Shown here one piece after another: positions 9,400 through 18,527 of a DNA stretch of 64,000 bases. Origin of the DNA: an uncultured Cytophagia bacterium. GTDB lineage: Bacteria; Zhuqueibacterota; Zhuqueibacteria; Residuimicrobiales; Residuimicrobiaceae. The translations under genes were made by a program, and so were the position numbers. The notes beneath the pieces were generated by a model. It was not told the origin of the DNA. It did no database searches and worked only from the letters and a program-made list of their open reading frames with translations. How positions within the stretch are numbered: the stretch's first letter is position 1; every line of letters begins with the position of its first letter. The stretch covers positions 948 through 64,947 of the forward strand of contig CAYLWO010000023.1 in NCBI GenBank assembly GCA_964387285.1, written 5' to 3'.

Positions 9400-12300
9400 T
9401 TAGCGCAGCAGCACCATTTTTTTCTTGCTTAAAAACGCCCCGGCTTTAAGCACATAATAATAAGCGCCTGACGGTAAATCAGCGCCAGACTCATCGCGAG
9501 CAATCCAATTCACCTGGTGCGCGCCGGCTGCCAAAAGGCCGCTCTTAATCAGCGCGACTCGCTGACCGGCAATGTTGTAAACAGACAAAGATACCGTTTC
9601 CGGCTGAGGCAGGGTAAAGGAAATCAAAGTGGCGGCGTTGAACGGATTGGGATAATTTTGCTGTAGCTGAAAAACCAATGGTTGCGCCGCATCACGACCG
9701 TCACACACGAACGTCGGATTATTCCGGCTAAACTCGGAGGTGTTGCCCAAAACATCGGTTGCGGTCGCGGTGAGCTGGGTATCCTGAACGCCTATGGTAA
9801 GGGAAAACTCTCCCAAGGCATCAGCAAGCACACTGCCAAGATAACGACGACCCTGACCGGTTGCATCGCTGAACAATTCTACGCGAGCATAGGGCGCCGT
9901 TCGACCATACACCGTGCCATCGCCTCTGGGGGCAAAAATAGGCGCGGCCAGATCCAGATTAGCGCCCAATTGATTGTCAATGCCCAGACCGCCATTGTCA
10001 TAGATGGCATTGCTGGTAATCGTATTGTACACCGTGTGTTCGCCTGTAAGACATACGCCATGACCGACATTGCCGGCAATGACATTTTGCGGGCCTACTT
10101 TATTTTCCATGGCGCTGTTCAACAGATACACGCCATGACCGGTGTTCGCATAGATTTCATTGCCCACCGAGCCGATGCGATTATTAAAAATTTTATTACC
10201 TTTAGAGCCTGCACCATCAACGACAATGCCGCAGCCGATCTCAACCCGATTACGGCCATTGCCGGCAATGACATTAGCCGGGCCAATATCATTGTTGGCC
10301 GCAGCACCGTAAATAAAAATGCCGTGTTGCGTGTTGCTAATGATCTTGTTGCGTTTGCTATTCAAACCGATTGTATTATTGCAGAGTGTGTTGTAATCCG
10401 AATTGCCGCGCAGTTGCATGCCGCTGTAACGATTTCCGGACACCACATTGCCATAGTTGGCATCAGCGCCGCCAATGAGGTTGTATTGTGCATGATCCGC
10501 AAGCACGATGCCGGATTCGGCATTAGCCAGACTGTCGTCGTCGGCAATATTCACACCCACGCGATTGCCGGCCACCTGATTTGAATCAACACCGACGCCT
10601 TCAAGCCGAATGCCGGTGCGTCCGTTGCCCGAACAGATATTGCCCTCTGTCTCGTATAAACCGCCAATGAGATTTTGGCTGGGGCCTTTTTCCAAACGAA
10701 TGCCGTCGCGGACGTTGGCCACAGCCCGGCCCTGGGTATTGACGCCGACAAAGTTATTCTGCACCACGTTGGCGCGACAGGGCGCGCCGGACAACAAGAT
10801 ACCGTGCAAACCCATAGCTACAATGTGATTGCGCAGCAGCGGCGTTGCGCCGCCGATGGTATTGGAATCCGCCGTGGCGATGACAATGCCGCTCCAGCCG
10901 TTCTGCGGCATGGCAGAGACGCCATCGCCGGCTAAGCCGACATAGCATCCGGTAATGCGATTAAAGCGGCTCACCTCGCCGATGACGGCAATGGCGTTTT
11001 GACTGAAACTGCCGATGCCAATATCGTGTATCCAATTATGGGATGAATGAATCTCGATGCCTTTGGCTTTGTCGCCGGCTGCAGAACCATCCAGAAAAAT
11101 TTCCGGTCCCAGCGGATTATCGATAGCCCGGTTTTTACTCTGCGAAGTTCCATCAATTTCCAATTGGCCGGCAGAAAGCACCGGCAAAGGTTTGGTGGGT
11201 TTAATGACCCATATGGATTGAGCCGCATCATATCCGGGATCAGTGGTCGGAATATCGAACAGAATCTTGTCGCCATGAGATGTGAGATTGCTGCCGGTGA
11301 TGGCCCAACGCAAACTGCCTTCTACCGAATCACGGGTAGTGGTCACCACAAAAGGAACAATGCGCAACGGCTGACAAAATTCGGAACTGTTATTTTTACT
11401 GTCGGTCATCATGGCGGTCACATTCGGTCCGCGCGGCTGGCCGTTCCATATAAAATCACCGGTCTGATCCGTGATCACCGCAGCTTCAAACCAGGCCGCT
11501 TCATCTGCAGGATCAGAATAAATTTCCACCACCGAGCCGGCCGGTGCTTTACCCTGCACACCGGCGCTGGTCACCTGTAAAATGACGGGCGGCAACACGC
11601 CGGCATTAGCGCCGGAGGAAAGCTGCACAGCCGTGTTCGTGTTTTGGGAAATGGCATTTTGCGTGATGACATTGCGCAACGCCGCACTGCCGGCAATGCC
11701 AATACCGTATTTTTGGTTGTACACGATCATGTTGAAAGGACCGATCTGATTGTCCACAGCGCCGCCAAAAAGATAAAGACCATACCGCTCGTTGCCCATG
11801 GCGATGGTACCGTCCTGATTGACGCCAATATGATTTTGACTGATAACCGATTTTTTGACCAGTGTGCCCTGAATTAAAATACCGTGCCACAGGTTGGCGC
11901 TGACCACATTGCCATCTGCAACAGTATCGCCGCCGATTACGGTAGCCTGTGCCGAGCTGTAGAGAAAGATGCCGTTCTGTTGATTGGGCAACTTGTTGCC
12001 GCCGGCATCGCACCCGATCAAGTTACCCTGTATAATGGTGCTATCCGCCTTTTCGATCTGGATGCCGTTTTTCAGATTTGCGGAAATGATATTGCGCTCA
12101 CCGTCTTTATTGCCGCCGAGGCGATTTTTGGGGCCGGCGTTTTTCAGGTAAATGCCGTTGCCGCCATTGGCGGCGCCGCTTTTGCCGTCTTGCGCAACGC
12201 CGATAAAACAACCATAGATGATATTATGACGGCTGACCGGATCCGTGATTAAAATACCGTTATCGGAGAAGGAGGTGATGCCGAGCGTTTGTACGATATT

Positions 12301-12660
12301 CCCGGCAGAACTGATAACCAGGCCGCTGCTCAAACCAACGCATTGCCGTCCGTCGATAAAAATTTCCGGGCCCTGGCTGTTGGTGTTGCGCTGTGTGGCC
12401 GCATTAAGCCAAAGGCCGCCATCGGTTATCGTCGGCAAGGGAGAAAGCGGAGCAATGACCCACACCTTGCCGTTAAAACCGGGACTGGAATCCGGAATAT
12501 TGAATACGATGCTGTCCGCACCGATATGCGTGTTGGCTTGTTCCAAAGCCCAACGCAACGAGTGGTCGCCGCTGTCATCAACATTGGCCACAGTAAAAAT
12601 GGCGGAAAAACAGGGAACAATTAAAAGGAGCAAAAGCGTGCAGATGCGCACAACGTTCAT
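9400..12660 (-). CDS. Secreted right-handed parallel beta-helix repeat protein with two CSLREA-like N-cap modules and a T9SS (Por) C-terminal sorting domain
   Basis: It has a signal peptide. GSLRWA motifs appear at residue ~33 and ~450. There are many G-rich beta-helix repeats (NxxxGNxxxG), and the C-terminus (FQLQQNYPNPFNAATLISF...VYNIAGQRV) is T9SS-type. Long antisense ORFs on the plus strand are codon-bias artefacts. Confidence 0.8.
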   Translation of the reverse strand: MNVVRICTLLLLLIVPCFSAIFTVANVDDSGDHSLRWALEQANTHIGADSIVFNIPDSSPGFNGKVWVIAPLSPLPTITDGGLWLNAATQRNTNSQGPEIFIDGRQCVGLSSGLVISSAGNIVQTLGITSFSDNGILITDPVSRHNIIYGCFIGVAQDGKSGAANGGNGIYLKNAGPKNRLGGNKDGERNIISANLKNGIQIEKADSTIIQGNLIGCDAGGNKLPNQQNGIFLYSSAQATVIGGDTVADGNVVSANLWHGILIQGTLVKKSVISQNHIGVNQDGTIAMGNERYGLYLFGGAVDNQIGPFNMIVYNQKYGIGIAGSAALRNVITQNAISQNTNTAVQLSSGANAGVLPPVILQVTSAGVQGKAPAGSVVEIYSDPADEAAWFEAAVITDQTGDFIWNGQPRGPNVTAMMTDSKNNSSEFCQPLRIVPFVVTTTRDSVEGSLRWAITGSNLTSHGDKILFDIPTTDPGYDAAQSIWVIKPTKPLPVLSAGQLEIDGTSQSKNRAIDNPLGPEIFLDGSAAGDKAKGIEIHSSHNWIHDIGIGSFSQNAIAVIGEVSRFNRITGCYVGLAGDGVSAMPQNGWSGIVIATADSNTIGGATPLLRNHIVAMGLHGILLSGAPCRANVVQNNFVGVNTQGRAVANVRDGIRLEKGPSQNLIGGLYETEGNICSGNGRTGIRLEGVGVDSNQVAGNRVGVNIADDDSLANAESGIVLADHAQYNLIGGADANYGNVVSGNRYSGMQLRGNSDYNTLCNNTIGLNSKRNKIISNTQHGIFIYGAAANNDIGPANVIAGNGRNRVEIGCGIVVDGAGSKGNKIFNNRIGSVGNEIYANTGHGVYLLNSAMENKVGPQNVIAGNVGHGVCLTGEHTVYNTITSNAIYDNGGLGIDNQLGANLDLAAPIFAPRGDGTVYGRTAPYARVELFSDATGQGRRYLGSVLADALGEFSLTIGVQDTQLTATATDVLGNTSEFSRNNPTFVCDGRDAAQPLVFQLQQNYPNPFNAATLISFTLPQPETVSLSVYNIAGQRVALIKSGLLAAGAHQVNWIARDESGADLPSGAYYYVLKAGAFLSKKKMVLLR

Positions 12661-12701
12661 GGTTACCTACCTCCAGAAAATAACGAATGTTCAGACACTG
12701 T

Positions 12702-12730
12702 TTGACATAAAAGTACGAACTTTTTATACT
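12702..12730 (+). promoter_or_regulatory. Consensus sigma-70 promoter (TTGACA-17-TATACT)
   Basis: The -35 and -10 are perfect with a 17-nt spacer. The downstream target is unclear: lacI-like is about 290 nt away and a second promoter follows. Confidence 0.35.
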
Positions 12731-12881
12731 AATATCATACGCAAAAAAACATCGGATACGGAAATTTTCCTAATTGCTAATTTTGCTGACCATCGAGAAA
12801 ATAGGGGGTTATTTCAACGTAACACATTTGCGAAAACCAGACAGCGATTTTGGCCACAATTTCGATTTTTCGTAAAAATGA

Positions 12882-12934
12882 TTGACAAAGGTAAAAAACT
12901 ATCTTATATTTACGCTGCATCGAAAACGATTTCG
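12882..12934 (+). promoter_or_regulatory. Consensus sigma-70 promoter (TTGACA-17-TATATT) with an overlapping LacI-family-type operator (CGAAAACGATTTCG)
   Basis: The -35 is at 12882-12887 and the -10 at 12905-12910. The 14-bp near-palindrome at 12921-12934 fits the nGnAAnCGnTTnCn LacI/GalR operator pattern. It lies about 100 nt upstream of the LacI-family gene. Confidence 0.45.
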
Positions 12935-13018
12935 AGAATTAGCAAAATAGAAATTATTTGATTTAGCAATAAATGACAAGATTAACGAATACTTGTAACC
13001 TCTTAAAAGAAAACGAAA

Positions 13019-14023
13019 ATGGTAAACATCCGTCATATTGCCAAAGAAGCACAATGCTCCGTTTCCACTGTTTCCAAAGCACTTAATAATCGCCACGACG
13101 TGGCTGAAGAAACACGGAAGAAAATCATCGATATTGCCAAGGCGCACAACTTTCATCCCAATGCCTTTGGCAAAGGTTTAAAACGCAGACTCACCGAGAA
13201 TATCGGAGTGATCTTTTGGCGCGAAAGTCAGCCGCTGTCCGCCAATCCCTTTTACTCGCGCGTATTGGAAGGCATTGAAGCGGAATTGGTGGTCAATAAT
13301 TTCAACCTCGTGTTGCACCTTTTGCCTGAAGGCACTCAGGATCAACTGCCCAAAATGATCCGTGAACAACAGGTGGATGGCGTTATTCTGGTCGGCGTTT
13401 TTCATCAGGAATTTATTGATCAAATCAAGGCGGCGCAGGTGCCTACCATCATGGTAGATCCGAAAATAACCAGCAACACTTTTTGCCAAATCCTTATTGA
13501 CAACGAGGACGGCGCTTTTGAAGCCACGCAATATCTCATTCAAAAAGGCCATCGCCGCATCGGTTTTATTTCCGGCGATCTGGAACGACAAAGTTTCCGG
13601 CAACGGTATGACGGTTACCTCAAAGCGCTGGACTATGCCAAAATTCCCGCTGAGCCACAATTGGCGCAAACCGGCGGTCTGGAAAAAGGCTACGATCATG
13701 TTAAAGCCCTGCTGCACCTCGCCGAGCGACCCACTGCCATTTTTGCGGCCAATGACATTAATGCGATCTATGGTTACAAAGCGATCCAGGAAATGTCCTT
13801 GCGCATTCCCGAAGACATCAGCATCATTGGTTTTGACGACATCGAGCTGAGCAAAATGATCACGCCGCCGCTGACCACCGTGCGCGTATACAAAGAGCAA
13901 CTGGGCTCCATTGCCGCACGCACCATGCTCAAACAGATGAAAAACCAGCACGAAAAACCTTTTACCACTTTGGTGCCTACCCGGTTGATTGAACGCGAAT
14001 CCGTAGCGCCGCCAAGTGTCTAA
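13019..14023 (+). CDS. LacI-family transcriptional regulator
   Basis: It has an N-terminal HTH (VNIRHIAKEAQCSVSTVSKALNN) and a periplasmic-binding-protein-like sugar-binding core. Confidence 0.9.
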   Translation: MVNIRHIAKEAQCSVSTVSKALNNRHDVAEETRKKIIDIAKAHNFHPNAFGKGLKRRLTENIGVIFWRESQPLSANPFYSRVLEGIEAELVVNNFNLVLHLLPEGTQDQLPKMIREQQVDGVILVGVFHQEFIDQIKAAQVPTIMVDPKITSNTFCQILIDNEDGAFEATQYLIQKGHRRIGFISGDLERQSFRQRYDGYLKALDYAKIPAEPQLAQTGGLEKGYDHVKALLHLAERPTAIFAANDINAIYGYKAIQEMSLRIPEDISIIGFDDIELSKMITPPLTTVRVYKEQLGSIAARTMLKQMKNQHEKPFTTLVPTRLIERESVAPPSV

Positions 14024-14088
14024 TGGCGTTGGTTCAACGAGTAGTCTTCTTCTCCTGATGCAAAACACCTTTTTTTAAGGATCAGATC

Positions 14089-15411
14089 ATGGCGAAACGC
14101 CTTGGGATTTTTCTTTTATTGGTCGCACTATCGTGTCCGGCTGCAGAAAAAGATTTTATTCGGGTTAACGGCATTCAATTTCAGCTGAACGATCAACCGT
14201 ATTATTTTCTGGGAACCAATCTCTGGTATGCCGCCTATCTTGGCGCTCCTGCAAATAATGCCGGCCGCAAACGACTGCAGGCTGAACTGGACACGCTGAA
14301 AAATCTTGGCGTCCTTAATCTGCGCATCATGGCTGCCTCTGAAGGATCAGGTCTTGCCGGCCAAATCCAACCCGCCATTCAGCCTGACGCAGGAAAATAT
14401 GACGAGCACCTGCTGATCGGACTGGATTTTTGTCTCGCTGAAATGGCCAAACGCGACATGAAAGCTGTGCTGTTTCTGAATAATTATTGGGAATGGAGCG
14501 GCGGCATGTCGCAATACATGAGCTGGGCAACCGGCCAGGAGTATCCGAATCCGGCCAATCCCAAATTCGGTTACTGGCAACTCATGTTGACCAGCGGCAG
14601 GTTTTACACTCAGGAAAAAGCCAATGATCTCTATCGCCAATATATCAAACATCTCGTACTGCGTAAAAACAGCATCACCAGCCAGTTGTACAAAGATGAT
14701 CCAACCATCATGGCCTGGCAACTAGCCAATGAGCCCAGGCCCAATCCGGACGAACAGAATCGCGAACAGCATTTTACCGACTTTATCCGGTGGGTGGATG
14801 AAACAGCAGGCTATATCAAATCACTGGACAACCATCATCTGGTCACAACCGGCAATGAAGGAGTATGGGGTTGCCTGGACTCAGAGTCCTGCTACCTCCG
14901 AACACACCAGAGCAAAAACATCGACTATCTCACTTTTCATTTATGGGTGCTGAACTGGGGTTGGTATAATCCATTAAAAGCGGATTCGACCTACTCTGCG
15001 GCTGAATTGAAAGCCCTGAACTATTTGCACAATCATATTGACCTGGCAAAACAGCTTGGCAAGCCCACTACTCTGGAAGAGTTTGGCATTCCAAGAGACC
15101 ATCATAAATACTCGATCAAAGCGACCACCCATTTTCGCGACCGCTTTTATACCACGTTGTTTGATGCCATGCATCAAAGCGCCAAATCCGGTTCCCCCAT
15201 GGCCGGCAGCAATTTTTGGGCTTGGGGCGGCGCCGGTCGGGCGTTTGATGAAAAGATTTTTGTCTGGGTTAAAGGCGATGATTATACCGGCGATCCGCCG
15301 CAGGAGCCGCAAGGCCGCAACTCTGTTTTTAACTGCGATGTCAGCACCATACGGATCATTAAATCCTTTGCGCAAAAAATGAACCACTTGAGCGTGACGC
15401 AGAAACCATGA
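14089..15411 (+). CDS. Glycoside hydrolase family 5 (likely endo-beta-mannanase), exported
   Basis: It has a signal peptide, a GTNLWY motif, a WQLANEPR acid/base segment and an LEEFG nucleophile segment. Its end overlaps the next gene by 4 nt. Confidence 0.75.
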   Translation: MAKRLGIFLLLVALSCPAAEKDFIRVNGIQFQLNDQPYYFLGTNLWYAAYLGAPANNAGRKRLQAELDTLKNLGVLNLRIMAASEGSGLAGQIQPAIQPDAGKYDEHLLIGLDFCLAEMAKRDMKAVLFLNNYWEWSGGMSQYMSWATGQEYPNPANPKFGYWQLMLTSGRFYTQEKANDLYRQYIKHLVLRKNSITSQLYKDDPTIMAWQLANEPRPNPDEQNREQHFTDFIRWVDETAGYIKSLDNHHLVTTGNEGVWGCLDSESCYLRTHQSKNIDYLTFHLWVLNWGWYNPLKADSTYSAAELKALNYLHNHIDLAKQLGKPTTLEEFGIPRDHHKYSIKATTHFRDRFYTTLFDAMHQSAKSGSPMAGSNFWAWGGAGRAFDEKIFVWVKGDDYTGDPPQEPQGRNSVFNCDVSTIRIIKSFAQKMNHLSVTQKP

Positions 15412-18290
15412 AAACGAGAACCGTTCTTTGTGCACTGCTGTATTGGGCATGGGTGCAAGCCCAGGTGGGCGGCTGGAAAGAAAATTTTAATGATGAAATC
15501 CTGGTCGGCTGGGAAATGCAGAATCCGGCAACGTTTTCCTTACAAGAGCATGATAGTCTGCTGGAAATAACCTACACGCGTACGTCAGCTTCCTGGGAAT
15601 GGGATAATTTCAATTACGCACCGCCTCCTGTCGATATCGCGCAAACTCCAACCATCTCCTTGCTGGCGAAATCCTCTGTTGCTTCCGTGTTGACGCTGAA
15701 ACCGGTCTATGCAGACAACCGCAACGACTGGCTACAAGCAGTTCTGCCGGCGGACCAGGCATGGCATGCCTACAGTTTTACACTGACGACCACCGGCGCT
15801 ACGCGACTCGATCGTATCTATTTTTATCTCGACGGCGGCAGCAAAACGCCCAGCAGCGGTACGATTTATTTTGACGAACTGTGCATCGGCGATTCAACCA
15901 GGACCGCCGGCTTTGCCCGCCGGGATAACCTCGAAACAGCCATGACCGCAGCGAACGCACTGATCGCCAGTACGCAGGAAGGATCTTCTGCAGGCCAATA
16001 TCCCATCCACAGCAAAACAGCTCTGGTCCATGCCATCAATCAGGCTCGTTCCATGTTCGATAATCCTACTGCCACACAGCAGCAAATCGACGCTGCAGTC
16101 TGGTCGCTGTATGACGCCTGCGTCAGCTATGAAAGCAACGTGCAAATCATCAACCCGGGCATGAACGATGGCAAGTGCGGGGCCAGAACCCGTTATCTCT
16201 ATGCAAACCTGGCCAATCTCTCCGGTCGCTATATGCCGTTCGGTATGCACGATCCAACGGGTTATGGGGTCGGCTGGAGCGGCGACGATGACCGCTCGGA
16301 CGTTAAAGACGTGTGCGGCGATTATCCGGCTGTTTCGTCCTGGGATTTGAACGGCGCGCTTAATGACGATGAAACAGAATTTGCACGATTTCGCCATCGC
16401 ATCATCTCTACCTATAAGCGCGGCGGCGTAAATTCCCTCTGCTGGCATCAATTCGATCCGGAAGGCATTTCTTTTTATGCAGAGAACCTCAAATATGCCG
16501 TCGTGCCCACTGTGCTGCCCGGCGGCAAATATCACGCGTTTTACAAAGAGCGTTTGCGACGGGTGGCACTGTTCTTTAAATCGCTGCGTGGCGAAGACGG
16601 TCAATCCATCCCCCTTCTGTTCCGGCCTTTTCATGAACATGACGGCAACTGGTTCTGGTGGGGCGCCGGTCCCTGCACCGCTTCCGATTACAATGCATTG
16701 TGGCGTTTCACGCATCATTTCCTGCGCGATTCGTTGAACGTGCATAATCTCATTTATACCATATCGCCGTCATCGTTCAATACGGCTGCCGATTATGTAA
16801 AAATTTATCCGGGCGACGATCAGGTTGACATTCTCGGCATGGATTTTTACTTTTCTGAGACCATCTCTGTTGCGCAGCAATCATCGTTTGTCAATCGTCT
16901 GCACATTACGGCAGGCCTGAGCACAGAACGACACAAACTTCCGGCTCTGACCGAAGTGGGACAAGAGGGGCTGCACACCATTGATTGGCACACGCACAAC
17001 CTGTTGCCGCCGTTAAAAAATGATTCGCTGGCATGCAAAATGATTTATGCCGCAGTCTGGCGAAACGCCAACACCTCGCATCATTTCGCACCCTATCCCG
17101 GACATCCCAGTGTGCCGGATTTTCTCGATTTTTACCGCGACCCGGCAACCTGGTTTGAAAAAGATTTACCGGATATGTACGCTCCGGTTGCACCGGACGT
17201 CAGACCGCCGCTCTTTACTCGCATTCCGGAACAACCTTTTATCGCCACGGATACCACATTTGCGATTCATTTGCAAACCGACGAGCATGCTTCCTTGCGT
17301 TACAGCAACATCAATCAGGCCTATGCGCAAATGCCCTACGAGTTTCAGTTTGGTCAAAATGGCCGCGAGCACAGCACGCTCCTGCACGGTTCGCAGGGCA
17401 GAACCGACATTTATTACATTCGCGCCATGGATCTGGCGGGCAATGAAAGCGAGACGCTGAAAATTTCCACAAACGTCGATACGCTGCAGCGCGAGATTCC
17501 CTGGCATCATCCGTTATACCAACGCCGGGAGTGGTTCCAGGGCCAGGCGCCGTTGGGATACAAGAGCAACGATAACATCACCACAACCAACACGAGCAAG
17601 ACGGTTTACTTTTATCGCACCTTTACCCTGGAGCGGATGGCCGCTTCGCTGCGAATACTGGTACGCTGCCATGACGGCGCCGTGGTCTATGGCAACGGCG
17701 TCGAACTGGGACGCATCAAAATGCCGGAGACGGAAACGATCACTTACGAAACCTCGGCGCTCAGTGCGGCCAAGAACAGCACGCTGCTCACCCTCCATGC
17801 TTCGCAAATGGAATCGCTGCAGGTCGGCGACAATCTGCTGTGCATTGAAGTGCATACAGCCGGCGTAGCGAATCCGGATTTATCGTTTGACGCCTGCATG
17901 TTTGTCAACGATACGCTGTTTTTCCCATTGGGAGCAGTCTGGCATTATTACGCCGCCGGGCAGGCGCCGCCGGTCCTGCGTTTGGCTGATGTGTCGACCG
18001 GAGTCGGCGCCATCACAAAGTTGCCGGTCACAGTTAACCTGGAACTGAATTTTCCAAATCCCTTTAATCCACAAACGCGCATTCGCTATTATCTGCCGCA
18101 TTCTCGGCATGTTCGCCTGCGCGTTTACGATGTAATGGGCCGCTTAACCAGAGAACTGGTGAATCAAAAGCAGACTGCTGGGTCGTATTCGATTTTGTTC
18201 GACGCCGGTTCTCTGGCCTCCGGTCTGTATCTATGTTGTCTACAATGCGACGACTATGCCAAAACAATAAAGATGATTTTATTACGGTAA
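15408..18290 (+). CDS. Multidomain GH26-type beta-mannanase with T9SS C-terminal sorting domain
   Basis: It has a signal peptide and the GH26 hallmark HEHDGNWFWWG. Its C-terminus (NFPNPFNPQTRIRYYL...VYDVMGRL) is a T9SS sorting domain. Confidence 0.75.
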   Translation: MKTRTVLCALLYWAWVQAQVGGWKENFNDEILVGWEMQNPATFSLQEHDSLLEITYTRTSASWEWDNFNYAPPPVDIAQTPTISLLAKSSVASVLTLKPVYADNRNDWLQAVLPADQAWHAYSFTLTTTGATRLDRIYFYLDGGSKTPSSGTIYFDELCIGDSTRTAGFARRDNLETAMTAANALIASTQEGSSAGQYPIHSKTALVHAINQARSMFDNPTATQQQIDAAVWSLYDACVSYESNVQIINPGMNDGKCGARTRYLYANLANLSGRYMPFGMHDPTGYGVGWSGDDDRSDVKDVCGDYPAVSSWDLNGALNDDETEFARFRHRIISTYKRGGVNSLCWHQFDPEGISFYAENLKYAVVPTVLPGGKYHAFYKERLRRVALFFKSLRGEDGQSIPLLFRPFHEHDGNWFWWGAGPCTASDYNALWRFTHHFLRDSLNVHNLIYTISPSSFNTAADYVKIYPGDDQVDILGMDFYFSETISVAQQSSFVNRLHITAGLSTERHKLPALTEVGQEGLHTIDWHTHNLLPPLKNDSLACKMIYAAVWRNANTSHHFAPYPGHPSVPDFLDFYRDPATWFEKDLPDMYAPVAPDVRPPLFTRIPEQPFIATDTTFAIHLQTDEHASLRYSNINQAYAQMPYEFQFGQNGREHSTLLHGSQGRTDIYYIRAMDLAGNESETLKISTNVDTLQREIPWHHPLYQRREWFQGQAPLGYKSNDNITTTNTSKTVYFYRTFTLERMAASLRILVRCHDGAVVYGNGVELGRIKMPETETITYETSALSAAKNSTLLTLHASQMESLQVGDNLLCIEVHTAGVANPDLSFDACMFVNDTLFFPLGAVWHYYAAGQAPPVLRLADVSTGVGAITKLPVTVNLELNFPNPFNPQTRIRYYLPHSRHVRLRVYDVMGRLTRELVNQKQTAGSYSILFDAGSLASGLYLCCLQCDDYAKTIKMILLR

Positions 18291-18527
18291 AAGAAATACC
18301 TTACCTGCGCGATGTATGCCGACTATACAACGTGCAAATTCCGAGGTTATCTAAAAGTAGATCTATAACATATAGTTCCGGATTCAGCCGGAGAACTAGA
18401 AACTTTATGAAAATTCTTTACAAAGCATTGAATGAACTCTAGATCGGGCAAAATTGACTTTTAGAACAGTCGCAAAGATAACACCTGTCGCTGACATTAA
18501 ACAAACCATCAACCGAAAGGAAACCCC

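Noticed and set aside
9682-10584. A 300-aa plus-strand ORF, with several others at 10610-12624, antisense to the 1086-aa beta-helix gene
   Set aside because: It lies entirely within a well-supported minus-strand gene. The Gly/Ile/Ala-rich low-complexity translation is typical of antisense frames of repeat-rich GC-biased genes.
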